Positions 38,852-48,003 of a stretch of DNA of 64,000 nt are shown piece by piece. Both the position numbers and the translations under genes were made by a program. How positions within the stretch are numbered: position 1 is the stretch's first letter; the number at the start of each line of letters is the position of its first letter. This DNA is from an uncultured Rikenellaceae bacterium (GTDB lineage: Bacteria; Bacteroidota; Bacteroidia; Bacteroidales; VadinHA17): NCBI GenBank assembly GCA_964446825.1, contig CAYUQR010000003.1:69971-133970 (forward strand), given 5' to 3'. Under the pieces are notes generated by a model. The model had not been told where the DNA came from, made no database searches, and saw only the letters and a list, made by a program, of their open reading frames with translations.

Positions 38852-39796
38852 ATGAAAAAGTTCAATGTCGCATTTCTTTTTTTAGTAATTGTAATACAAC
38901 AGGGATTTTCGCAGCAGGACCCTGTGGCTAGTCATTATATGTTTAATACATTGACATATAACCCTGGTGTGGCCGGTACTTCCGGTATGATTTGTGCTAC
39001 TGCCCTTAGCCGCCAGCAATGGGTTGGTTTTAAAGGAGCGCCCACCACGACAGTTTTTAATATCAGCGCCCCTGTATCTCCATTTAAAATTAGCAGCGGG
39101 GTTGGATTGCTTGTTGAAAGCGATAATATAGGTTTCGATAAAGACATTAATCTTTCTGCTTCTTATTCCTATATCATGAATTTAGGATCGGGGAAACTGG
39201 GAATAGGCATAAACCTGGGCATGCTTGATAAATCACTTGATCCCACCTGGGAAATTCCGTCGGGAGATGTCCATACGCCTGTTTCAGGGGATCCTCTTAT
39301 ACCTGAAAACAAAGAGAGTTATGTCGCTTTCGATGCCGGATTAGGCTTTTACTACAGTACAGATAAGTATTATGCCGGGTTATCTGTGACTCACATTAAC
39401 CAGCCGGTAATCAGGTATACCAAAGGATCTCCCTATGTAAGCAGAAACTATTATCTTACAGCCGGTTATTCGCTTCAGCTTCCCAATCCGTCGCTCGAAT
39501 TGTTGCCATCTGTTTTTGCCTATAGCGACGGCAAGGTTATTCAGTTCTCTGTTACATCTTTAATCAGATACAATAAAAAAGTATGGGGCGGCGTTTCATA
39601 CAGAGCCGGGGATGCCCTGATCGGCATGATTGGATTGGAACTGTATAACGGACTCCGGCTTGGTTACTCTTATGACTTTACATTATCGGACATAGGGAAG
39701 AGCAGTGGTGGCTCCCATGAATTCATGGTAAACTATTGTTTCGATCTGAGCCTGGGCAAAAGTTCTATGAAATATAAAAGTATCAGATTTTTATGA
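38852..39796 (+). CDS. porP: T9SS outer-membrane protein PorP/SprF family
   Basis: 314 aa with signal peptide. Signature QQDPVASHYMFNTLTYNPGVAG. Immediately upstream of gldK. Confidence 0.85.
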   Translation: MKKFNVAFLFLVIVIQQGFSQQDPVASHYMFNTLTYNPGVAGTSGMICATALSRQQWVGFKGAPTTTVFNISAPVSPFKISSGVGLLVESDNIGFDKDINLSASYSYIMNLGSGKLGIGINLGMLDKSLDPTWEIPSGDVHTPVSGDPLIPENKESYVAFDAGLGFYYSTDKYYAGLSVTHINQPVIRYTKGSPYVSRNYYLTAGYSLQLPNPSLELLPSVFAYSDGKVIQFSVTSLIRYNKKVWGGVSYRAGDALIGMIGLELYNGLRLGYSYDFTLSDIGKSSGGSHEFMVNYCFDLSLGKSSMKYKSIRFL

Positions 39797-39843
39797 ATAT
39801 TAAAAAAATTTAACTTACTTGCATTATAAAATTCTAAAGTATT

Positions 39844-41190
39844 ATGAAAAAGATAAGCTTATCTGCTCTAATATTGATATTCCTTTTAACTGGTTGTGGC
39901 TCTTCAAATAATGGAGAGCTTACCGGAGTTCCGGGGCGAAAGAAATTTTTTGAACCTGAACCTCTTGAGATGGCATTCATTCCTGCCGGGAATTTTATGA
40001 TGGGACCCAGCGACCAGGATGCAGTATTTGCGATGAACAGCATATCAAAATCTGTTACAGTTGAAGCATTCTGGATGGATCAGACAGAAATCACAAATAA
40101 TAAATATCGTCAGTTTGTATATTATGTCCGCGATTCTATTCTCAGAACCAAGCTTGGAGATGCTGGCATTGCAGACAGGGATTATTTCGTGGTAGACAAG
40201 GAAAAAAATGTTATTGAACCGCATGTAATCAACTGGGAAGAAAAGATCGATTCCAGAGATGAGGATACAAAAACAATAATTGATGAGATGTATTATCCCC
40301 CTGAAGAGAGATTCAACGGGAAAAAACAGGTGGATGTAAGAAAACTTAATTATTCATATTTCTGGGTTGACTACCAGCAGGCTGCTAAGTCAAGATATGT
40401 TTACAACGATTTTGAAAAGACATCAGGCAAATATGAAGGACAGGTTACAAATCTTGATGGTACACGCACCGATGTTAAGGACCGTTCTTCATACATCAAG
40501 CACAATGTCATAAATGTATATCCTGATACTCTATGCTGGATAAGGGATTTTACATATTCCTTTAATGATCCTCAGGCTTCGCTATATTTCTGGCATCCTT
40601 CATTTGACAACTATCCTGTTGTGGGTGTATCGTGGGTTCAGGCAACGGCATTCAGTATCTGGAGAACCGATTATATGAACACAGCTCTGAGAAAAAACGG
40701 GGTTGCCGATGTACAGGAATACAGGTTACCTCTTGAGACAGAATGGGAATATGCTGCCAGGGGCGGACTTGATCTTTCGATGTACCCATGGGGCGGCCCT
40801 TATACCCGTAACTATAAAGGATGCTTCCTTGCCAACTTCAAACCATTGCGAGGCAACTATATCGACGATGGCAATGTATATGCAGGGAAAGTCGGATCAT
40901 ATGAACCTAATGAATTCGGCCTTTATGATATGTCGGGAAATGTGTCGGAATGGACTCGCTGTGCTTATCATCCCTCAGCTTACATTTTCGAGCACGATCT
41001 TCAGCCAAACTATGAATATAATGCGACACCGCAGGATCCTCCGGTTATGAAGAGAAAAGTTATCCGTGGCGGTTCATGGAAAGATATTGCTTATTTCCTG
41101 CAAACCAGTGCAAGAGATTATGAATATCAGGATTCTACAAAACCATATGTTGGTTTCCGTAACGTAAGATCTTATATTGGTGTAAATTAA
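39844..41190 (+). CDS. gldK: T9SS ring lipoprotein GldK/PorK (FGE-sulfatase fold)
   Basis: 448 aa. Lipobox LLTGC, SUMF1-like WEYAARGG...RGGSW motifs. Confidence 0.9.
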   Translation: MKKISLSALILIFLLTGCGSSNNGELTGVPGRKKFFEPEPLEMAFIPAGNFMMGPSDQDAVFAMNSISKSVTVEAFWMDQTEITNNKYRQFVYYVRDSILRTKLGDAGIADRDYFVVDKEKNVIEPHVINWEEKIDSRDEDTKTIIDEMYYPPEERFNGKKQVDVRKLNYSYFWVDYQQAAKSRYVYNDFEKTSGKYEGQVTNLDGTRTDVKDRSSYIKHNVINVYPDTLCWIRDFTYSFNDPQASLYFWHPSFDNYPVVGVSWVQATAFSIWRTDYMNTALRKNGVADVQEYRLPLETEWEYAARGGLDLSMYPWGGPYTRNYKGCFLANFKPLRGNYIDDGNVYAGKVGSYEPNEFGLYDMSGNVSEWTRCAYHPSAYIFEHDLQPNYEYNATPQDPPVMKRKVIRGGSWKDIAYFLQTSARDYEYQDSTKPYVGFRNVRSYIGVN

Positions 41191-41223
41191 AAGTTTTGAA
41201 ATAACCCTAAAATAATCAGGTAT

Positions 41224-42189
41224 ATGAGCCTAGCAGAATTAGTACAAAGCAGCGGGTGGAAAAATTTCATCGCTAAACTTTACGGTTTAGGTGCTTCAGT
41301 AGTTATCGTTGGCGCCTTGTTTAAAATACAGCACTGGCCACTGGCAGGAACCATGCTTACTATTGGCCTTCTTACCGAATCAGTAATCTTCTTCTTTTCA
41401 GCTTTTGAACCATTACACGAGGAGGTTGACTGGTCGCTGGTATATCCTGAACTTGCAGGAATACCTGAAGATGAAACACCCGAGCTTGCTGCACAGGGAG
41501 GAGGATATTCCGGTGGTGTCGCCGGCGGCGGCGGCGGTGGCGGCTATGGCGGTACAGGCATTGGCGGTACAGGCACCGGCTCCGGACATGGCGGCGGTGG
41601 TTATGGCGGCGGAGGATTTGGCGGCGGCGCCGGTTCTGCTGCCCTGGCAAAATTTGATGAAATGCTTGAAAAAGCAGAGATCACTCCCGAACTGTTCCAG
41701 AAACTGGGTGTAGGCATGAAAAAGCTCGGCGAGTCAACTGCTAACATGAATACCATGGGTGATATTTCTGCTGCTTCCTCAAGGTATATGAATACTGTCA
41801 ACAATGCAACAGATTCGCTCGGCCAGTTATCTGAATCTTATCAGTCTACTGCCAAGCTGATCAATGAGACCAGTTCCACGTATCGTAACATGGCTGATTC
41901 TTTTTCAATTATTGAGGTAGGAGGGAAATCCTATCAGCAACAGCTTGAAGTGCTTAATAAAAACCTGTCCGCTCTGAATGCAGTTTATGAACTTCAGAGA
42001 AAAGGAGCAGATGACCATATAAAAGAATCTGAGAATCTCTATAAAGGTATTCAGGGTATTATAAAAGATCTTGCATCATCAGCTGATGATACTCAGAAAT
42101 ATCGCGAACAGATAACTAAACTCAACGATAATCTGTCAGCATTAAATAATGTTTATGGAAATATGCTTGCTACAATGAATGTTAAATAA
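41224..42189 (+). CDS. gldL: T9SS motor protein GldL/PorL
   Basis: 321 aa. Two TM helices, KLYGLGASVVIVGALFKIQHW and GTMLTIGLLTESVIFFFSAFEP, with an intramembrane Glu. Coiled C-terminal part. Gly-rich insert at residues 91-138. Confidence 0.85.
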   Translation: MSLAELVQSSGWKNFIAKLYGLGASVVIVGALFKIQHWPLAGTMLTIGLLTESVIFFFSAFEPLHEEVDWSLVYPELAGIPEDETPELAAQGGGYSGGVAGGGGGGGYGGTGIGGTGTGSGHGGGGYGGGGFGGGAGSAALAKFDEMLEKAEITPELFQKLGVGMKKLGESTANMNTMGDISAASSRYMNTVNNATDSLGQLSESYQSTAKLINETSSTYRNMADSFSIIEVGGKSYQQQLEVLNKNLSALNAVYELQRKGADDHIKESENLYKGIQGIIKDLASSADDTQKYREQITKLNDNLSALNNVYGNMLATMNVK

Positions 42190-42226
42190 CGTGGCATTTT
42201 TTTTACCAAACTAAACAACCTATAAA

Positions 42227-43831
42227 ATGGCTCACGAAAGGCTATCTCCAAGGCAAAAAATGATCGGTATGATGTACCTGGTGCTTACCGCCATGCTTGC
42301 ACTTAACGTATCAAAAGAAGCCATTGAAGCATTTAAAAAAGTTGATAAAGGACTCACTCAGACTGTCGAAAATTATGTTGCCAAAAATAACATTATTTAT
42401 AAAGATTTCGACAGAGCTGATGCTGAAAACCATGTAAAAGCAGGGAAATACAAGGCTGCAGCTTATGCAGTGAAAGAAAGAGCTGATGAGGCATCCGATT
42501 ATATTCAGCAACTAAAGATCGAAATAATCAAAAAAGCTGAAAAAGATCCGGAAACTCCTGCTGTTAATGGAAATCAGATTCTTATTGATAAAGTTGAAAA
42601 ACATATTGATGATACTAATGTACCATCAGAAATTCTTCTCGGAGCCAACGAAAACGGGAAAGCATACGCCCTCAAAAATGTTATTAACGAATATCGGGAC
42701 TTCCTTCTAACCACGCTTGAAGGTAAAAATCCGACAGCCGAGGAAGCCCTTAGGAATAGTCTGAATACTGATGATGGAAGAGATCCGGATGGTCAGCCAT
42801 CGCCCTGGGCAAATCTGACATTCCAGACAATGCCCCTGATTGCTGTAATCTGTATCCTTTCGGAAATGCAGGTCAATGTAAGAAACGCCGAGACAGAAGT
42901 TCTTAATTACCTCTATACCCAGATTGATGCCTCTTCTTTTAAGTTTACTAAACTGGATGCAATTGTCATGCCTGTTAGTTCAAATTACGTGACACAGGGA
43001 AGCGATTATGAAGCACGTGTATTTATTTCTGCTACAGATTCGACTCTGTTTCCGGTAATTACAGTAGGTGATACCAAGCTCCCTCTTGACGAAACAGGAA
43101 AAGGAATATATAAAGTCCGTGCCAGTTCAGTAGGTCCCAAAAAATGGGGAGGTATAATAGCTCTTAAAGCTCCTGACGGAACAATGAGGGACTTCCCGTT
43201 CAATGCATCTTATGTTGTTGGTGAACCCAATGTTGTTGTATCTCCAACTGCAATGAACGTGCTTTATTATGGTATTGACAATCCTATCGATGTATCTGTT
43301 CCTAATGTAAGCCCTGATAAGATTAAGATAAGGGTCGTTAATGGTGATTATAGAATAGGAAAAGTAAAAAACTCAAAAGGTGAAAGCTTCAGAGGCAACT
43401 GGGTAATAAAGCCACGTTCTCAAAGCCAGAATGTACAGGTTATAGTTACGGCCGACATAGGCGGTAAACCAATGCAGTTTGCTCCTCTTGATTTCAGGGT
43501 TAAGCCGGTTCCTCCTCCAACAGCAGTTTTTGGCGGAAAGAGTACCGGAAGTATTCCAAGGGCAACGGCCGCAGCACAGCAGGGGGTTTTTGCCATAATG
43601 CCCGATTTTGATTTCGACCTGAGTTACCAGGTTACCGGATTTACGCTGTTTTACACCGATAAGGGAATGGACCAGGAAGAAGCAAGCAACGGCAGCAATC
43701 TTACGGCGAAACAAAAGCAGATGCTTGACAGGATTACACGAGGAAAGAACCTGATCATAAAAGATATAAAGGCTAAGGGTCCTGATGGCATAACTAGAGA
43801 TTTAAATTCAATAATTTTGAAAATTGACTAA
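42227..43831 (+). CDS. gldM: T9SS motor/periplasmic shaft protein GldM/PorM
   Basis: 534 aa. N-terminus MAHERLSPRQKMIGMMYLVLTAMLALNVSKE with Arg9 in the GldM TM signature. Confidence 0.85.
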   Translation: MAHERLSPRQKMIGMMYLVLTAMLALNVSKEAIEAFKKVDKGLTQTVENYVAKNNIIYKDFDRADAENHVKAGKYKAAAYAVKERADEASDYIQQLKIEIIKKAEKDPETPAVNGNQILIDKVEKHIDDTNVPSEILLGANENGKAYALKNVINEYRDFLLTTLEGKNPTAEEALRNSLNTDDGRDPDGQPSPWANLTFQTMPLIAVICILSEMQVNVRNAETEVLNYLYTQIDASSFKFTKLDAIVMPVSSNYVTQGSDYEARVFISATDSTLFPVITVGDTKLPLDETGKGIYKVRASSVGPKKWGGIIALKAPDGTMRDFPFNASYVVGEPNVVVSPTAMNVLYYGIDNPIDVSVPNVSPDKIKIRVVNGDYRIGKVKNSKGESFRGNWVIKPRSQSQNVQVIVTADIGGKPMQFAPLDFRVKPVPPPTAVFGGKSTGSIPRATAAAQQGVFAIMPDFDFDLSYQVTGFTLFYTDKGMDQEEASNGSNLTAKQKQMLDRITRGKNLIIKDIKAKGPDGITRDLNSIILKID

Positions 43832-43852
43832 TAATAAAATAAATATCCCATC

Positions 43853-44677
43853 ATGAATAAGAAAATTCTTTTTGGCATTATCGCTCTTACTTTTGCAGGG
43901 ATGGCCAGTGGTCAGACAATTGGCGATATTTACCGGAAATCGATTCCGGATGCAAAGAAGATCGATTATCCGTATCTCAGGGAAGCAGATGTTATATGGT
44001 CCAAGAGATATTATCGTTTGATCGACCTGCGAGAGAAGATGAACCAGCCGTTGTATTATCCAACGGTTCCGACACTGGATGGAAGAGAGAGTTTCATCAA
44101 TATAGTTCTTGATGAGATCAAGGCCGGGCATCTGAATGCCTACGACCCCAATAATATTAATGTTAGTACCACCTATTCTGATATTGAGGTAAAAATGGGG
44201 GCCGTCACCAAACTTGTCCAGGTACAGATAAATGCCTCAGGAGCCATGAGAGAAGATTCTGTTAAACAGGATGCAAAGCCTGAAGAGGTCAAAGAACTTA
44301 TGCTGTATGAAGAGTGGTATTTCGACAAAAAACTTTCGAAACTTGACGTGAGAATAATAGCCATCGAGCCTATCTATATGGGGTTTGATGAACAGATTGG
44401 AAGAGCGAAAAAAATAGGATTGTTCTGGGTCAAATTTGACGAACTAAGGGATGCCCTTGCAAAGAAGGAAGTTTTCATGAGTAATAACGATGCCCAGAGA
44501 CTTTCATATGACGACCTGTTCATGCAGAGAAGATTCGAGAGTGTTATTGTCGGAGAATCCAACGTATATAACGACAGGAAGGTCAGTGAATATGAGCTTG
44601 GGAAATCTGCTATTTTTGAGGCCGACCGCATTAAAACCGAGCTTTTCAACTTTGAACACGACCTCTGGGAATATTAA
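43853..44677 (+). CDS. gldN: T9SS ring protein GldN/PorN
   Basis: 274 aa with signal peptide. Position after gldM, and motifs [24 protein letters not shown] typical of GldN. Confidence 0.8.
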   Translation: MNKKILFGIIALTFAGMASGQTIGDIYRKSIPDAKKIDYPYLREADVIWSKRYYRLIDLREKMNQPLYYPTVPTLDGRESFINIVLDEIKAGHLNAYDPNNINVSTTYSDIEVKMGAVTKLVQVQINASGAMREDSVKQDAKPEEVKELMLYEEWYFDKKLSKLDVRIIAIEPIYMGFDEQIGRAKKIGLFWVKFDELRDALAKKEVFMSNNDAQRLSYDDLFMQRRFESVIVGESNVYNDRKVSEYELGKSAIFEADRIKTELFNFEHDLWEY

Positions 44678-44713
44678 CATTATTTAAAATTAGAAACATC
44701 ACATAATAATTAT

Positions 44714-44743
44714 TGTAGAGGCGGGTCGCGACCCGCCTCTACA
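44714..44743. terminator. bidirectional intrinsic terminator between convergent gldN and manC
   Basis: Perfect 30-nt palindrome TGTAGAGGCGGGTCG/CGACCCGCCTCTACA, followed by TTTTAAT on the plus strand and an A/T-rich run on the minus strand. Confidence 0.75.
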
Positions 44744-44758
44744 TTTTAATATCCGCAT

Positions 44759-45844
44759 TTACAGGTATTCATCACCTGTTGATTTTTTTACATCATCGAG
44801 GTATTGTTTTATGTTTTGTTCTTCCTCCTTTCTGACTATCAGGAGAACATCATCGGAATCTACAACAACATAGTCTGTCAGTCCCTGAATTACGGCTATC
44901 TTTCCGGGAGAAATATTAAAAATTGTTCCTTTGTTGTCATATGAAAAAACATCGCCCCTCACCTTGATATTTCCCTTTTTATCGGCGGATGAATGTTCGT
45001 AGAGAGAGCTCCAGGTTCCAAGGTCGGACCAGCCGATATCTGTACACATAACATATACATTATCGGCTTTTTCCATAATACCGTAATCAATAGATATGCT
45101 TTTGCATTCGGCATATGTCTTCCCTATGAAGTTCTTCTCCTGGTTTGTACCGTAAAGATCTCTACCTTCACCAAAAACATTGAAAATATCGGGTACATAC
45201 TTTTCGAACGCTGCCATAATTGTTTTCATATTCCAGATAAATATGCCTGAGTTCCAGTAAAAATCACCGCTTTCGATGAAAATTCTGGCGAGGTCGATAT
45301 CGGGTTTCTCAGTAAATGTCTTTACCTTAAGTAGATTTTCAAATCCCTTAACCGGCTTTTTCTGATCTGCCTGTATATAACCATAGCCGGTCTCAGGCCT
45401 GTCGGGCTTTATCCCAATTGTGACAATATTATCATTTTTATCTGCAAACTCATAACACTTCTTTATAGCCTCACAAAATTTTTCCTCTTTAACAATCAGG
45501 TGATCAGCAGGAGTAACGGCTATAACAGCTTCAGGGTTTTCCGTTAATATCCTGAATGTCCCATAAGCGATACATGGGGCAGTATTGCGGCGAAAAGGCT
45601 CTCCCAGGACACGGGAAGGATCAATACCCAGCTGTTCAATTACCAGGTTGGTATGATCGGCATTTGTAACAACAAAAATATTCTTTTCGGGGCACACTTT
45701 TTTGAACCTCCTGAATGTTTGCTGGATAAGAGTTTCACCATTTCCCGTAATATCGAGGAATTGTTTTGGTTTTTCACGACGACTCAGCGGCCAGAACCGG
45801 CTGCCGACTCCTCCTGCCATAATTATAACATACCTGTTATTCAT
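44759..45844 (-). CDS. manC: mannose-1-phosphate guanylyltransferase
   Basis: 361 aa. IIMAGGVGSRFWPLSR nucleotidyltransferase motif. Confidence 0.85.
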   Translation of the reverse strand: MNNRYVIIMAGGVGSRFWPLSRREKPKQFLDITGNGETLIQQTFRRFKKVCPEKNIFVVTNADHTNLVIEQLGIDPSRVLGEPFRRNTAPCIAYGTFRILTENPEAVIAVTPADHLIVKEEKFCEAIKKCYEFADKNDNIVTIGIKPDRPETGYGYIQADQKKPVKGFENLLKVKTFTEKPDIDLARIFIESGDFYWNSGIFIWNMKTIMAAFEKYVPDIFNVFGEGRDLYGTNQEKNFIGKTYAECKSISIDYGIMEKADNVYVMCTDIGWSDLGTWSSLYEHSSADKKGNIKVRGDVFSYDNKGTIFNISPGKIAVIQGLTDYVVVDSDDVLLIVRKEEEQNIKQYLDDVKKSTGDEYL

Positions 45845-45874
45845 AAGAAAAGCTGGTTTTTGTTACAGATTATA

Positions 45875-45882
45875 CAAATATA
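45875..45882 (-). promoter_or_regulatory. -7 box TATATTTG (manC)
   Basis: CAAATATA on the plus strand, 30 nt upstream of ATG 45844. Confidence 0.4.
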
Positions 45883-46000
45883 TAATTAATTAAATCAAAT
45901 CAACTTTCATGATTTCTTTAATTATCATTCCGGAATCCACTTTCATGCCGGAATAATTGAAATCATTGTAATTTAGCTTAACAACTGTAAATTGAATGTC

Positions 46001-46135
46001 TCAGCCCTGAAGGGGCTGAATATTAGACTGGTATAATGAGCTCGTTATTCAACCCCTCCAGGGTTGCCGGAGGGCGTTCTTATCTTTACCGTGGGTTGCA
46101 CCCACGGTTATTGAAATTAAACCCCTTCGGGGTTA
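46001..46135. repeat. cluster of four different GC-rich stem-loops in an AT-rich 454-bp spacer
   Basis: TCAGCCC-TGAAG-GGGCTGA (46001-46019); CCCTCC..GGAGGG (46054-46074); ACCGTGGG-TTGCA-CCCACGGT (46088-46108); AACCCC-TTC-GGGGTT (46120-46134). Confidence 0.8.
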
Positions 46136-46298
46136 ACAGATCAAATCAATATAACAAAGAACGCTTATATTTTACTTATTATCAATAATATATAAACACT
46201 TATATCAGGTTGATGAATCACCAGTATTTGTGCATCAAAAAAGGGTGGTCGGAAATTTGGTAAATATTAGTAATTTTAGGCTTTAATAATTTAATATC

Positions 46299-47042
46299 AT
46301 GTTTAAGTTCCTGACTCAATTGGGAAGTTACTTCCTCCTGCTTAAGAAGGTCTTTTCAAAACCTGAGAAGCCATCTCTGTATTACAAGCAAACTATGCGC
46401 GAATTTGTATCTCTGGGGCTGAACTCAATAGGAATTATTGCCATTATATCTTTTTTCATGGGCGCAGTTATTACTCTGCAAACGGCGTATAATACCGAAA
46501 ACCCCATATACCCTAAATATCTTATAGGGCTTGGATGCCGCGATTCCATGATACTGGAATTTTCATCTACCGTTGCTGCACTTATTCTGGCTGGTAAAGT
46601 CGGATCCAGTATTGCTTCAGAAATAGGGACAATGAGGGTTACCGAACAAATTGACGCACTCGAGATAATGGGCGTCAATTCTGCTTCATACCTTATTCTT
46701 CCAAAAATAATTGCAACAGTTATTTTTAATCCTTTCCTAACCCTGCTCGCTATTATCATTGGGATATTCGGGGGTTGGATAGCAGGCACTCTTTCGGGTG
46801 TTATTACCTCAGAGAATTTTATTTATGGCATTCAATATGCCTTTATCCCTTATTATATTACCTATTCATTAATTAAAACCCTGTTTTTTGCATTTATAAT
46901 ATCGAGTGTGTCAGCATTCCAGGGATATTATGTTGATGGAGGATCGCTTGAAGTTGGCCGGGCCAGCACGAAAGCTGTTGTATACAGCAGCGTGCTGATT
47001 TTGATGTTCAACGTTATACTCACTCAACTTCTTCTGTCATGA
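46299..47042 (+). CDS. mlaE: MlaE-family ABC transporter permease
   Basis: 247 aa multi-TM protein. EIGTMRVTEQIDALEIMGVN motif. Confidence 0.85.
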   Translation: MFKFLTQLGSYFLLLKKVFSKPEKPSLYYKQTMREFVSLGLNSIGIIAIISFFMGAVITLQTAYNTENPIYPKYLIGLGCRDSMILEFSSTVAALILAGKVGSSIASEIGTMRVTEQIDALEIMGVNSASYLILPKIIATVIFNPFLTLLAIIIGIFGGWIAGTLSGVITSENFIYGIQYAFIPYYITYSLIKTLFFAFIISSVSAFQGYYVDGGSLEVGRASTKAVVYSSVLILMFNVILTQLLLS

Positions 47043-47794
47043 TAAATGTTAAAAACCTTAATAAATCATTTAACGGGAAGAAGGTCCTGACTGATATCTC
47101 GGTGACCTTCGACAGCGGTATAACCAACCTCATAATCGGGAAAAGCGGATCAGGGAAAACCGTTCTCCTGAAATCCATTGTGGGCCTGCATGAAATAGAC
47201 AGCGGAGAAATATGGTTCGAAAACACACTTTTTAATAAGCTCGCCTTTAAAGACAGAAAAGAGATACGCAGCGAGATGGGAATGCTTTTTCAGGGCAGTG
47301 CTCTTTTCGATTCTCTTACTGTTGAACAGAATGTCCGTTTCCCTCTTGATATGTTTACTGACAAAAGCAATGAGGAAAAAGACGACAGGGTAAATTTTTG
47401 TCTTAACAGGGTTAATATACTGAATGCTAACAAGCTTTTCCCGGCAGAATTATCGGGAGGAATGAAAAAAAGGGTGGCCATAGCCAGGGCTATTGCCTTA
47501 AATCCAAAATACCTTTTCTGTGATGAACCGAATTCGGGTCTTGATCCCATCACCGCAATACTGATTGATGCACTTATCAAAGAGCTGACTGAAGAGTATA
47601 AAATGACAACGATAGTGAATACTCACGACATGAATTCAGTTATGGAAATCGGAGAGAAGATCGTATTTATCAGCGATGGTGAAAAATGCTGGGAAGGGAA
47701 TAAAAATGAAATACTCAATTCAGATTGTGAAATACTGAATCATTTTGTATTTGCAAATTCCCTGGCTAAGCAATTGAAGTCAACAAAAAAATAA
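47039..47794 (+). CDS. mlaF: MlaF-like ABC transporter ATP-binding protein
   Basis: 251 aa. GKSGSGKT Walker A, LSGGMKKR signature, FCDEP Walker B. 4-nt overlap with mlaE. Confidence 0.85.
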   Translation: MINVKNLNKSFNGKKVLTDISVTFDSGITNLIIGKSGSGKTVLLKSIVGLHEIDSGEIWFENTLFNKLAFKDRKEIRSEMGMLFQGSALFDSLTVEQNVRFPLDMFTDKSNEEKDDRVNFCLNRVNILNANKLFPAELSGGMKKRVAIARAIALNPKYLFCDEPNSGLDPITAILIDALIKELTEEYKMTTIVNTHDMNSVMEIGEKIVFISDGEKCWEGNKNEILNSDCEILNHFVFANSLAKQLKSTKK

Positions 47795-47806
47795 TATCCC
47801 CTGACC

Positions 47807-47989
47807 CTATTTGTCAACTTCTTCGTAATCGACATACTCTCCTATCTCTTTAGAGACCTTCTTATTTCTTTTTGTCTGATTACCCGGGTCATGTCTCACT
47901 GGCTGATTATCTTCCGCAGCGTATCTTATAAATGACCTTATTATAAGATAAATTATCAGACCTATTAATAAATAACGAATTAAAAGCAT
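47807..47989 (-). CDS. small membrane protein (DUF4834-like as recalled): one TM helix plus acidic tail
   Basis: 60 aa, LLIRYLLIGLIIYLIIRSFIRY then GEYVDYEEVDK. Lies 14 nt downstream of the preceding gene, as last gene of the operon. Confidence 0.6.
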   Translation of the reverse strand: MLLIRYLLIGLIIYLIIRSFIRYAAEDNQPVRHDPGNQTKRNKKVSKEIGEYVDYEEVDK

Positions 47990-48003
47990 AAAGCATTAAA
48001 TAA

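Noticed and set aside
41372-41713. Two overlapping ORFs (92 aa minus strand, 102 aa plus strand) inside gldL
   Set aside because: They are open only because of the GGC/GCC-rich glycine-coding tract. They have Arg/Ala/His-rich nonsense composition.
42192-42206. Sigma-54-like TGGCA-T8-AC upstream of gldM
   Set aside because: The spacer is a plain T-run and the -12 GC is missing. It lies inside a tightly packed operon, so it is likely chance.
45909-45956. 15-codon ORF MISLIIIPESTFMPE overlapping the ATTCCGG hairpin
   Set aside because: It has no promoter box or conserved context that I can see. It lies about 340 nt from the nearest downstream gene, so it is likely fortuitous.
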